In this document: positions 20,757-30,147 of the stretch, in pieces
Layout: each line of letters opens with the position of its first letter
How positions within the stretch are numbered: the first letter of the stretch is position 1
Notes under the pieces: model-generated
Databases searched by the model: none
What the model was told of the DNA's origin: nothing
What the model saw: only the letters and a program-made list of their open reading frames with translations
Sequence record: MK250027.1
Length of the DNA: 64,000 nt
Direction: 5' to 3' (one strand)
Made by a program: the position numbers and the translations under genes

Positions 20757-20933
20757 TTATTTTAAACAATATTCTAAATCAAATATAAAGTCTCCTAATA
20801 GTTCAATCTTTTTCCTAATAAGTTCTGATTCTAAATCAAATTTATGATCTATACAAAAATTTAATTCAATATATAACTTATCTCTATTAGATTTCCATTT
20901 ATCTATTAATTCTTTCTTTGTTAATTTTTCCAT
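20757..20933 (-). CDS. Small hypothetical protein, 58 aa (absent from track)
   Basis: MEKLTKKELIDKWKSNRDKL...LEYCLK-TAA, directly after the upstream stop. Confidence 0.6.
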   Translation of the reverse strand: MEKLTKKELIDKWKSNRDKLYIELNFCIDHKFDLESELIRKKIELLGDFIFDLEYCLK

Positions 20934-20934
20934 C

Positions 20935-21459
20935 TTAAAAATTCATTATATTTACACCAGCAATAGAAAGAAATTTTATATTCTTAATAATTTCACATGC
21001 TTTATCTTCTGGAAATATAATTTTAAAATCATCATAAACATCCATTACTTCTTGCCATTTACATTCATCTCTTGGTGCTTCCATAGAAGTATATATTTTA
21101 GCAATAAGCATTCTTTTTTTAAATTGATTATAAAACGTACTTCTTGGATACATCCCATGTTCATATCCTCCATTTGGATGATGTCCCATCCAATCAGGTT
21201 CAATATAATGACTCCATTTTACTCCTTCAAAATATAAAGTCTTATCTGGTTTTACACTAATAGAAATACTTTTATTTTTATCTTTTTGATATTCTATAAA
21301 TTCAAGAAAATTATTTAATGCATCAAGATATTTCTCTGCATATTCTGCTTCTTCTTTTTTATCAAAAATATAACTAAAACCAAAAGTATTATCTACAACT
21401 TCATATTTTACTTTTGTCTCAATCTTATTAATCATATTATTATTTTTATAATTAATCAT
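20935..21459 (-). CDS. Hypothetical protein
   Basis: Track ORF with start moved to ATG 21459, which overlaps the upstream stop. Confidence 0.7.
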   Translation of the reverse strand: MINYKNNNMINKIETKVKYEVVDNTFGFSYIFDKKEEAEYAEKYLDALNNFLEFIEYQKDKNKSISISVKPDKTLYFEGVKWSHYIEPDWMGHHPNGGYEHGMYPRSTFYNQFKKRMLIAKIYTSMEAPRDECKWQEVMDVYDDFKIIFPEDKACEIIKNIKFLSIAGVNIMNF

Positions 21460-21604
21460 TTTCTCCCCATGGTAATTCACTATCTGGATCTATTACATCA
21501 CCACCATGATTACCATCTACATTAAAACCTGATTGAAAATTACTCATAATATTCATGTCAACAGGAATAACATTAATATTTGGTTTTATATAATTCTTTT
21601 TCAT
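21452..21604 (-). CDS. 50-aa peptide with Bacteroidota-type MKKxYIKP N-terminus (absent from track)
   Basis: MKKNYIKPNINVIPVDMNIMSNFQSGFNVDGNHGGDVIDPDSELPWGEND-TAA. Confidence 0.6.
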   Translation of the reverse strand: MKKNYIKPNINVIPVDMNIMSNFQSGFNVDGNHGGDVIDPDSELPWGEND

Positions 21605-21647
21605 ATTAAAATTCTTCAACTCGTTATTCAAATAATGTTTTCTAAAA

Positions 21648-21926
21648 TTATTTAACTGTTACTTTAATTTTAGATTCTGTTACCTTTCCATTAACTACAG
21701 TATTTATAGTATCAATAGAAATAGAATCCAAACTCTTAATGAATACATTAGGAATTTTTTCTATAGTAATTAAACTATCTCTATATTGAATAGAATCTTT
21801 ACTCAAATTAATTGTATCATGTATAGGTTCTTGATTCAAACTAGGAATATGTTTATTAATCCAAAAATATTGAACAGCAATACCAATAATAATTCCAATA
21901 ATAAATGTCCAAAAAATATGTTTCAT
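21648..21926 (-). CDS. Membrane-anchored small protein
   Basis: 92 aa with an N-terminal TM helix. Confidence 0.75.
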   Translation of the reverse strand: MKHIFWTFIIGIIIGIAVQYFWINKHIPSLNQEPIHDTINLSKDSIQYRDSLITIEKIPNVFIKSLDSISIDTINTVVNGKVTESKIKVTVK

Positions 21927-21950
21927 TTTTCTATATTATTTAAAATAAAA

Positions 21951-22157
21951 TTAAACTTTTAAATTAACTAAATCTTTATACTTTATTTCTTTATACTTTG
22001 TTTTATTAATAGATATAAAAATAGGCTTATCAGTATAACTTTTATAATAATTTAACGATTCGTCTTTACTAATAAACCACTTTGTTTCTTTATCTAAAAT
22101 TTTTCCAGATAAACTTCTTCCTAATCCTATCCGAATAATAATATTATTTTTCAACAT
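21951..22157 (-). CDS. Hypothetical protein
   Basis: 68-aa ORF. Confidence 0.6.
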   Translation of the reverse strand: MLKNNIIIRIGLGRSLSGKILDKETKWFISKDESLNYYKSYTDKPIFISINKTKYKEIKYKDLVNLKV

Positions 22158-22199
22158 AATTAAAAATAATTTTTCAAAAAGAAATTTATAAATTAATTA

Positions 22200-22633
22200 N
22201 NNNNNNNNNNNNNNNNNNNNNNNNNNNNNNNNNNNNNNNNNNNNNNNNNNNNNNNNNNNNNNNNNNNNNNNNNNNNNNNNNNNNNNNNNNNNNNNNNNNN
22301 NNNNNNNNNNNNNNNNNNNNNNNNNNNNNNNNNNNNNNNNNNNNNNNNNNNNNNNNNNNNNNNNNNNNNNNNNNNNNNNNNNNNNNNNNNNNNNNNNNNN
22401 NNNNNNNNNNNNNNNNNNNNNNNNNNNNNNNNNNNNNNNNNNNNNNNNNNNNNNNNNNNNNNNNNNNNNNNNNNNNNNNNNNNNNNNNNNNNNNNNNNNN
22501 NNNNNNNNNNNNNNNNNNNNNNNNNNNNNNNNNNNNNNNNNNNNNNNNNNNNNNNNNNNNNNNNNNNNNNNNNNNNNNNNNNNNNNNNNNNNNNNNNNNN
22601 NNNNNNNNNNNNNNNNNNNNNNNNNNNNNNNNN
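22200..22633. other. Assembly gap
   Basis: 434 N. Confidence 1.
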
Positions 22634-22651
22634 TTTATAATTTGTTGTAAA

Positions 22652-23374
22652 TCAATTCTTTAACTTATTTACTGTATTATTAAATACATTATTAAACTCT
22701 TCTTCTGTTATATAAGACATCTTTTCATCTAAACGTTCATCCAATACGTCTTTAATATCGACTGATTCTCTTTTAATCATGAAATAATCAGATCCGTCTA
22801 ACCATGATTTTACTAATACTCTTGTAATATCTAAATTACCTTGATAATCTTTATCTATACCATGAATCTTTACATACTCATATACAGGTATAAATTTATC
22901 TGATATTTTTTCATCTTTTTCTTTATCAGATAAATTTTGTGTTTCTAAATCATCAATGAATTTAGTGAATAATGTTTTATTAAATTCTATACGAGTTGTT
23001 CTGTTCTTTAAATATGATACAGGTAAAATCGGTACTTCTGTTGTAATGGGGAAATCATCACTTAAAGGACATATTTGTTCTACAACCCAAACGATATATT
23101 CATTATTAACATTGAATTTATTTAGATTATATGTTTGTCGTTTATCATGACTTAAATTCCACACTTTATCAGAATAAGGAATGACCGCAATATATGTTTC
23201 ATTAAAAATATCTTTTCCTAATTGTTCAGATGTAACTTTACATTTATTTGATTCATCATCTCTATGATAATTGATACAATATAATTTTACTCCATCAGGA
23301 ATTAAGATTTTATTTTCACATGATTCATATGCAAATCTCCAAATCTTATATTCTTTATATTTTGCTTTACTCAT
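22652..23374 (-). CDS. Hypothetical protein
   Basis: 240-aa ORF. Confidence 0.8.
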   Translation of the reverse strand: MSKAKYKEYKIWRFAYESCENKILIPDGVKLYCINYHRDDESNKCKVTSEQLGKDIFNETYIAVIPYSDKVWNLSHDKRQTYNLNKFNVNNEYIVWVVEQICPLSDDFPITTEVPILPVSYLKNRTTRIEFNKTLFTKFIDDLETQNLSDKEKDEKISDKFIPVYEYVKIHGIDKDYQGNLDITRVLVKSWLDGSDYFMIKRESVDIKDVLDERLDEKMSYITEEEFNNVFNNTVNKLKN

Positions 23375-23391
23375 TATTTACTTATATTATT

Positions 23392-23700
23392 TTATCTTCC
23401 TATACAATCATCATCTCCCCATCGGTTTTTAATTACTAATCCATTATCATTTATAAAACAATTACATTTCATTCCAAGTTGAATATATAATGATTTTTCA
23501 TAATTTATTGTTATAGGAAGTTCACCATATATAGTGTATGTGTTATTTTTATTCATAATACATATATTACCATATGTTTCAGGATATTTTGGATATAATT
23601 TATTGCGCTTTGCAAAGGCGATATTTAATTCTAAGATATGAATTTTTATATAATTTGGTATTTCATCCATATCTTTTTGTTGAATAGTTTCGTTTTTCAT
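23392..23700 (-). CDS. Hypothetical protein
   Basis: 102-aa ORF. Confidence 0.7.
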   Translation of the reverse strand: MKNETIQQKDMDEIPNYIKIHILELNIAFAKRNKLYPKYPETYGNICIMNKNNTYTIYGELPITINYEKSLYIQLGMKCNCFINDNGLVIKNRWGDDDCIGR

Positions 23701-23854
23701 ATATTTAAAATAAAACTTAAGAAAAACTTAAGAAAATGATTAAATTCTCTATGTTTTTCTTAAGTTTTTCTAAGAAATTTTGATGTATTTTTCAAACGAG
23801 TATACTCCTACTGTAAATTTAAAAATACTCGTTTTAGATACTTAAAACAGTACA

Positions 23855-24505
23855 TTATTTTTGATTAACACTTGAGTTATATTCAGCTCTAACTTTCTCA
23901 ATTGCATCACACATATTTACAGACTTTCCTGTATTCTTATCAATCGTATTACAATCATCTTCTGGATCACCGACAAGTTCTTTGTATACTTCATATGCCT
24001 CTGGAAATTCATCCTTCAACTTATTAACAGTAGTAATATTATTCAATACACAAAGAACAGACTTTCCCCATTTTGCAATATCAAACATTTTCATAAGAAT
24101 CTGTTTGCATTCATTAAACAAATCAGGATGATTACTCTTAAGATATTTAAGAACATTCTCTGAATTATATCCTGAATTCTTTGTATCATTAAACATCTTT
24201 AAAAATACATTATGAATTTCAAAATCAGGATAATAAAAGCAATTCAAGCATTCACAACGTTTTGGCTCTTCTCCTTTCTCAAAGAAATAATGTCCATAAA
24301 TGCGAACAGTATTCATATCCATAAATTTTTCGTGGTCCTTAATAAAATCACGAACATCCTTTGGTACTTGATTAAACAAAAATCTAGAAATCTCTTCAGA
24401 CTTCTCCTTAATTTGTGGAGTAATTTCCTTTGCACAACGATTACGATACATGCGATTTGCAATATGTTCTCTTACTTCTTTAGTTAACTTCTTATATGCT
24501 ACCAT
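23855..24505 (-). CDS. Hypothetical protein (Nmad5-like helical protein possible)
   Basis: 216 aa; MxxxKLTKEVREHIA...LNNITTVNKLKDEFPEAYE pattern. Confidence 0.75.
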   Translation of the reverse strand: MVAYKKLTKEVREHIANRMYRNRCAKEITPQIKEKSEEISRFLFNQVPKDVRDFIKDHEKFMDMNTVRIYGHYFFEKGEEPKRCECLNCFYYPDFEIHNVFLKMFNDTKNSGYNSENVLKYLKSNHPDLFNECKQILMKMFDIAKWGKSVLCVLNNITTVNKLKDEFPEAYEVYKELVGDPEDDCNTIDKNTGKSVNMCDAIEKVRAEYNSSVNQK

Positions 24506-24537
24506 TTTTTACTAATAATTAAAATGTTAAATATATT

Positions 24538-25095
24538 TTATTTTTTTCTCTTTACTTTAGTATATGGATCATTCCATACGCCTTCAATAATCAATTTACC
24601 ATGTGGAATATTAAATTTTGTTTCAATATCCTCTATAGTTACCGTATATTTTTTTGAATTCTCTTTATCTGAATTAATCTTATTTCTTAATTCTTTTTCT
24701 TTTTGCTTACGATATTCATTGCATTCAATAGGATTATCAAATAATGCAATATCCCATTTATTAGGATTAACATTCCGAGATACCTGATGAATACCTAAAT
24801 TATAAGGGATCATAGATTTTACTTTTGTATATGATAATTTATTTTCACGAACAATTTTATCTATTAATGATTCTACTGCAGGTGAATATGGAGTAAAGAA
24901 AGCATACTTATTTTTATGTTCATCTAATTTTACAATTACAGGAACAATAAAATTAAAAGATACTTTCCCCTTATTCAATATAATAGGGCATGCCCATATT
25001 AACTTATTAAAATCTTTACTTAAAAAATCAACATAAGGTGTAAAATCATTAGGCATCAATAAGTTATCTAATGATTTAATATTAATAATTCTCAT
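24538..25095 (-). CDS. Hypothetical protein
   Basis: 185-aa ORF; C-terminal motif shared with the neighbouring gene. Confidence 0.75.
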   Translation of the reverse strand: MRIINIKSLDNLLMPNDFTPYVDFLSKDFNKLIWACPIILNKGKVSFNFIVPVIVKLDEHKNKYAFFTPYSPAVESLIDKIVRENKLSYTKVKSMIPYNLGIHQVSRNVNPNKWDIALFDNPIECNEYRKQKEKELRNKINSDKENSKKYTVTIEDIETKFNIPHGKLIIEGVWNDPYTKVKRKK

Positions 25096-25164
25096 ATTTT
25101 CTTATTTTGTTAAAATAATATAAACATTTTTAGTATATTTTAATATAATAATTGTTAACTGTTA

Positions 25165-25854
25165 TTAATATAAATCTCGATGAAGAGATGAATCAAATAA
25201 ACAATTCATAGATTCATATGAATCAACAATTATAAGTTCATCTGGTTTAATACCTAATAAATTTGTAATATCTGTAATTGTATATACATGATGTCCATCT
25301 GTTTGTTTCTTTAACATTTTATAGTAATTCTCAAATGCTTTACGATAACCTTCAGCATCTTCGTATGTAGCAAAAATTTTTGCATTCTTTGCAGAATTCT
25401 CTAAAAATGTTAATTTTGATTCATTATCTTTTTCATATACATTCAATGTAATCCAATCATAACGAACATTAAAAGTTAAATCGATCTTTTTCTTATTAAG
25501 TTCCTTTGCGGATATTGAAGTGATACCTAAGGTTGTACTAAATTTATTAATAAGATTATATGTACTAATTCCTATAAGTGAGTAATTTTCACGATTGGGA
25601 TATACAGAATGATCAATATTATTCTTACGAATAAATGCAGGAATAATTTTATTGTTATAAATTCTATCATTCCTATATTGAATAGTACAAACCCATACAA
25701 TACGATATGGAATATTACAAGTAACTGGATTATTCATTACTTTCTTAATATTCTCATCTGATGTGATATAATTGTCAAGTTCTTTTGTTGTATCAATAAA
25801 GAACTTATTATATGAATTTAATTCATCACGCAATTCATTTAAAGACTTTTTCAT
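25165..25854 (-). CDS. Hypothetical protein
   Basis: 229-aa ORF after a class I promoter. Confidence 0.8.
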   Translation of the reverse strand: MKKSLNELRDELNSYNKFFIDTTKELDNYITSDENIKKVMNNPVTCNIPYRIVWVCTIQYRNDRIYNNKIIPAFIRKNNIDHSVYPNRENYSLIGISTYNLINKFSTTLGITSISAKELNKKKIDLTFNVRYDWITLNVYEKDNESKLTFLENSAKNAKIFATYEDAEGYRKAFENYYKMLKKQTDGHHVYTITDITNLLGIKPDELIIVDSYESMNCLFDSSLHRDLY

Positions 25855-25884
25855 TATCTATTGTTTTTTAATTATTCATTATTA

Positions 25885-25892
25885 CAAAGATA
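25885..25892 (-). promoter_or_regulatory. Class I host-type promoter TATCTTTG
   Basis: ATGTATCTTTGTA. Confidence 0.8.
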
Positions 25893-25968
25893 CATAAATT
25901 ATATGTAAAATAAAAAAGTCTGACTAAATATTTCTATTTAATCAGACATTATTAACAATATTTAATTT

Positions 25969-27135
25969 TTATGCATATAAATATATTTTTTTCATTTCTT
26001 TACCAGAAGGTGTTGTAAATGTTATAACTGCATATTTTCTTTCAAATCCATCCCATTCGCATTCCATATCTTCACCTCTGCCATTATAACGGTCCGCATC
26101 ATCAAGGTCTCGTTTTAAATCAAGCTTTGCTTTCCAATTAGGCTTCTTTGTTGATTGAATTGATTTTTTATATTCAATACATTTTTTTGAATTATGTGCA
26201 AGCAATCTTAAATCAAACCTATCAAATATGCGAGATCGTTTTCCTGACACTCTTTCATCTGAAATATCCATTATATCTAATGGTTTACATTTCAATGTAT
26301 TCTGAATATATTTATTCAATGATAGGAATTCTTTACATGGTTTAGAAATATACTTAATGGAATCAACCCATGGTTTATCATCATTATTACTTAGCCAACT
26401 ACTATATGGTTTATGAATACCATCAATACGTGTGTAGTTAGGTAAATCTATTTTATACAATTTATATGTATAAATATCTTCCATTAATCCATCAATATCA
26501 CCATTTGGATAATATTTTTCTAATATATTTTCATTATCATAATAAAAATTATTAATATTAATATCGATAATAGGAAACTTTTCAGTTTTTTTATTTGCTA
26601 TATATTTCTTTAATAGTTTTGAAATAACTTCTTGCTTATTATTTGATGATGATGAAGTATTTCTTGAAGATGATGTACCTCTTAATGTTCCAGATAATAC
26701 ACGTTCACTTGCATTTACACCAAACTCTTGTAATGTAATATTTGAACCAATAAGTTTATTAATCCATCTAACAATTTCATTCGCTGATATAGGATTTACT
26801 CTAAATACTTTTGTAAATGCTTCTATTGTAGCATCTGTACGCTTTGGTATTTTTGCTTCTGTTTCACCTACAAATGTATAAATCAATTTTGGATTTCCAA
26901 AAGACATAAGCTTACATTTTCTTCCTTGTTTAATAATACGAAGAACATAAGATTGATTTGTTGGTGTATATACCATATACAAATAATATACAGGATAACC
27001 TGTGGTTCCATTTGATTTTAATTTTACAAGATTACATCTATAATATGCTCCATCAGCAGAAGCAATATTTTCAAATGCAAATTTAACTGCTTGCTTTTCT
27101 GTTGTATCTAAAGATTCAAATAATTTATTAATCAT
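25969..27135 (-). CDS. Hypothetical protein with LFES leader
   Basis: 388-aa ORF starting MINKLFESL; Ser-rich linker separates two domains. Confidence 0.8.
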   Translation of the reverse strand: MINKLFESLDTTEKQAVKFAFENIASADGAYYRCNLVKLKSNGTTGYPVYYLYMVYTPTNQSYVLRIIKQGRKCKLMSFGNPKLIYTFVGETEAKIPKRTDATIEAFTKVFRVNPISANEIVRWINKLIGSNITLQEFGVNASERVLSGTLRGTSSSRNTSSSSNNKQEVISKLLKKYIANKKTEKFPIIDININNFYYDNENILEKYYPNGDIDGLMEDIYTYKLYKIDLPNYTRIDGIHKPYSSWLSNNDDKPWVDSIKYISKPCKEFLSLNKYIQNTLKCKPLDIMDISDERVSGKRSRIFDRFDLRLLAHNSKKCIEYKKSIQSTKKPNWKAKLDLKRDLDDADRYNGRGEDMECEWDGFERKYAVITFTTPSGKEMKKIYLYA

Positions 27136-27186
27136 TATATTATTAAAATTATTTAAGTTTAATATAATATATTTATATCTAATTAA

Positions 27187-28347
27187 TTACCATCTATGAT
27201 AACGTTTTCTATATGAATAATTACCAGATGGATTATTTTCTGTATAATCATTTGTAATTACCCAATATGAAATTCCAACATTATATAGTAACATAATAAT
27301 AAGAATAGCAATATACCATCCTGTACTTAATTCTATATTAATATAATTAAAATCAGAAAATTCTTTCCTATTCCAATTTGTATCAATTTGTGTATCTAAC
27401 CATTCAGCATATTCTTTAAAATTAATGGTAGGATGATTAATGAAATAATCACGTGTTTTTACTTCAAGCAAAGGTTTATCACACCATGAAAATGGATTAC
27501 ACCAAATAATTTTATTATTCTTTATACCAAGACATACAATAAACTCGTTCTTATTTCCACCTTGCCAATATGCCTTTTGCATTTCTGATATTTCTATGTT
27601 AGATGTATTGTAACAACATATCAATACATGAATTTGATTCTTTGGACCTCTGTAGCCATTCAAATACCTAACAGCGTCAATATCAGATTCATTTGCGTTA
27701 TATCCAATTATTGGATTCTGATCATATAACTTAGTTTCAGGATATTCATATAAACCATTTTCTTTTGCATCTTCTTTACTTATATTAGAATATTTAAAGA
27801 TAGAATATGAAGATGCTTTTACTTTATTCTGATACATATGTGTCCATGTTACAGGATATGAATTCTCTCTTGTTCTATTCCAATATGTAATATATGCATC
27901 TCCATCTTCTAAATGATAATTTCTATGCATATCTTTAAATACTGGTTGCGTATTTAATTTTTTACATATATACTGATAATCTTTTTTAGATATTGATTCT
28001 TTATCTCCATGTATTGTTTCATAAATATATTCAGCAGGATGGTATCTTCGTTCAGGTACTGTATATGTTACGGTTCGTGTTTTACCGTTACCACATGAAA
28101 CAGTTCTAGTATGTGTTACCATAACTATTTCATCCCATGGTTCATAATATGTTACTTTACTTATTAAATCACTTAAATATTCTGTGTCTAATGATGATAT
28201 ATATACAAATGAATATTTAAGGCCAAGAAATAATAATAATGATGGTACAGCTACAATAAAATATTCCCATATTGCAGTTTGCTTACGAAATTTCCATGCT
28301 AATATTATTATTGTAATAATAGGTATTAAAAAAATTATTATTTCCAT
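27187..28347 (-). CDS. Multi-pass membrane protein
   Basis: 386 aa; two N-terminal and one C-terminal TM segments around a large soluble domain. Confidence 0.85.
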   Translation of the reverse strand: MEIIIFLIPIITIIILAWKFRKQTAIWEYFIVAVPSLLLFLGLKYSFVYISSLDTEYLSDLISKVTYYEPWDEIVMVTHTRTVSCGNGKTRTVTYTVPERRYHPAEYIYETIHGDKESISKKDYQYICKKLNTQPVFKDMHRNYHLEDGDAYITYWNRTRENSYPVTWTHMYQNKVKASSYSIFKYSNISKEDAKENGLYEYPETKLYDQNPIIGYNANESDIDAVRYLNGYRGPKNQIHVLICCYNTSNIEISEMQKAYWQGGNKNEFIVCLGIKNNKIIWCNPFSWCDKPLLEVKTRDYFINHPTINFKEYAEWLDTQIDTNWNRKEFSDFNYINIELSTGWYIAILIIMLLYNVGISYWVITNDYTENNPSGNYSYRKRYHRW

Positions 28348-28383
28348 ATATTATTATTTTATTTAAAATTAAAAATTATGTTA

Positions 28384-28391
28384 CAAAGATA
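28384..28391 (-). promoter_or_regulatory. Class I host-type promoter TATCTTTG
   Basis: ATGTATCTTTGTA. Confidence 0.8.
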
Positions 28392-28465
28392 CATATAATT
28401 TATAAAATAAAAAATCTTATAGATAAAAACTAATTTACCTATAAGATTTAAATAAGTGTTGTTAT

Positions 28466-28999
28466 TTAATAGATTCTTTTAAAGTTTTCATAAAAATCTT
28501 TCGCATGCTTTACAAAATACGGACCATCAGGACAATCATTATATACTGCTTTATATAAAACTAAATCTTCATTTTTTCTCCAGTAATAATTTGGGTGTTC
28601 TAAATATTCATCATCAAAATATTCAGGATCTAAATCAATATCTTTAAATAATAGATGTTCTTGAACTAATTCATATTCTCTATGTTCAAAATCTTTTGCA
28701 TTTTTATAGATATATCTTCCAATACCTTTATTCTCTATATTCCATTCTGTTTGATACCAATATTCACTTAAGCTTCTATCATGTTCATCAGGAAATTTAT
28801 CTTGATTCATATATTCCTTATTAACATGAAGATAATGAAACGTATCTTGAACATATCCACCAAACCAACAAATTCCTAATATAAGTTCTTTTTGTGTATC
28901 ATGAATTTCGACAACTCTCATACCTTGAGTCATTTTAGGAAATTCTTTACAACAATGAAATATATAATCTCCTTCTTTTATATCTTTTAGCTTTTTCAT
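28466..28999 (-). CDS. Hypothetical protein, C-terminus DUF1653-like
   Basis: EDLVLYKAVY...YFVKHAKDFYE resembles the DUF1653 motif. Confidence 0.5.
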   Translation of the reverse strand: MKKLKDIKEGDYIFHCCKEFPKMTQGMRVVEIHDTQKELILGICWFGGYVQDTFHYLHVNKEYMNQDKFPDEHDRSLSEYWYQTEWNIENKGIGRYIYKNAKDFEHREYELVQEHLLFKDIDLDPEYFDDEYLEHPNYYWRKNEDLVLYKAVYNDCPDGPYFVKHAKDFYENFKRIY

Positions 29000-29310
29000 T
29001 TCTTTCTAATTAAGTTTTTAATTGTATAAAAATATAAAAATTTAGTTTATTAAATATTGTTAATTAAAATATTTTTATTAATTTTTTCCCCAATATTATT
29101 ATGGTATTTTTTAATATAATAATTAAAATTATTATTTTTAACTATGAATGAAACTAATGTGAAAGAACCTAAACGTATAAAGCAATATATAGATACACAT
29201 ATATGGTTAAGTTTTTGTAAATTATTAAAAGCTTATGTTTTAATAAGTAATAATTTATATATTTATTTGCTTTATAAAAATTAAAATTTTATGAACGCAT
29301 ACATAAATTG

Positions 29311-29991
29311 TTATTTGTTTGTAATATTAAATAATAATTCTACTTCTTCTAATAAACTTACTTTATTTTCTTCTATTATTTTCTTTGAATATGATAATTT
29401 CATATTCTTCCATGTTTCTAATAGAAACTTTATATGTTCTGCTAAGAATTTATTCCAATCATGAATTCTCATCTCGTCTTTCAAACCACATGCACATTGT
29501 GTGAAATAATCAGATGAAAATGAAACTAATATATCACATTCTCTTAATATCCGTTGATATAAATTTAAATCATCATCATTAATCATATAAGGATAACATG
29601 TTGCATCTATATTATCTCCTATAATTTTAATCAAATGATTACATGATTCATCATTAATAAATTCAGTTCTAATATAATTCTTCATTACATCTTTTGCGAT
29701 ATTGATATTTGTAATATCATCATATTTTCCTGCGCTATGATTAAAATCATGAAATATTGCAGACATTAAAAGAATATATAAGCCTTCATTATCTAATTTA
29801 AATTCATAATTATCAGTTTGACTTTCTTCATATATACAACATATATGATACATCATCGCAAATGTATGGTTTATATTATGATATGGATTTGTAAGAGATA
29901 TACAATTATTAATATAATATGTAAATAATTTCTTTAAATCTTCATTTGCATTTATATATGTTAAAACTTTTACTTGATCTGTATTAATCAT
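29311..29991 (-). CDS. HD-domain phosphohydrolase, PDEase-like signature
   Basis: NPYHNINH...SAIFHDFNHSAG...ECDIL. Confidence 0.8.
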   Translation of the reverse strand: MINTDQVKVLTYINANEDLKKLFTYYINNCISLTNPYHNINHTFAMMYHICCIYEESQTDNYEFKLDNEGLYILLMSAIFHDFNHSAGKYDDITNINIAKDVMKNYIRTEFINDESCNHLIKIIGDNIDATCYPYMINDDDLNLYQRILRECDILVSFSSDYFTQCACGLKDEMRIHDWNKFLAEHIKFLLETWKNMKLSYSKKIIEENKVSLLEEVELLFNITNK

Positions 29992-30147
29992 ATTTAATAA
30001 ATTTAATTCAAATTTTATATAATAGTTTAAATAAAAAGACTTATTAAATAATGTAATTAAAATAAAAATCCAGATAATAATCTTATCAATTAAGAGAATT
30101 ATCTGGATAAAATAATATATTTAATTTATGATTTATGATTCAATATA

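Noticed and set aside
22200-22633. N-run as a biological feature
   Set aside because: Scaffolding gap; content unknown.
23715-23780. AAAACTTAAGAAAA direct/inverted repeats as an origin or operator
   Set aside because: Short and nearly all A/T; adequately explained as a terminator hairpin between co-directional genes.
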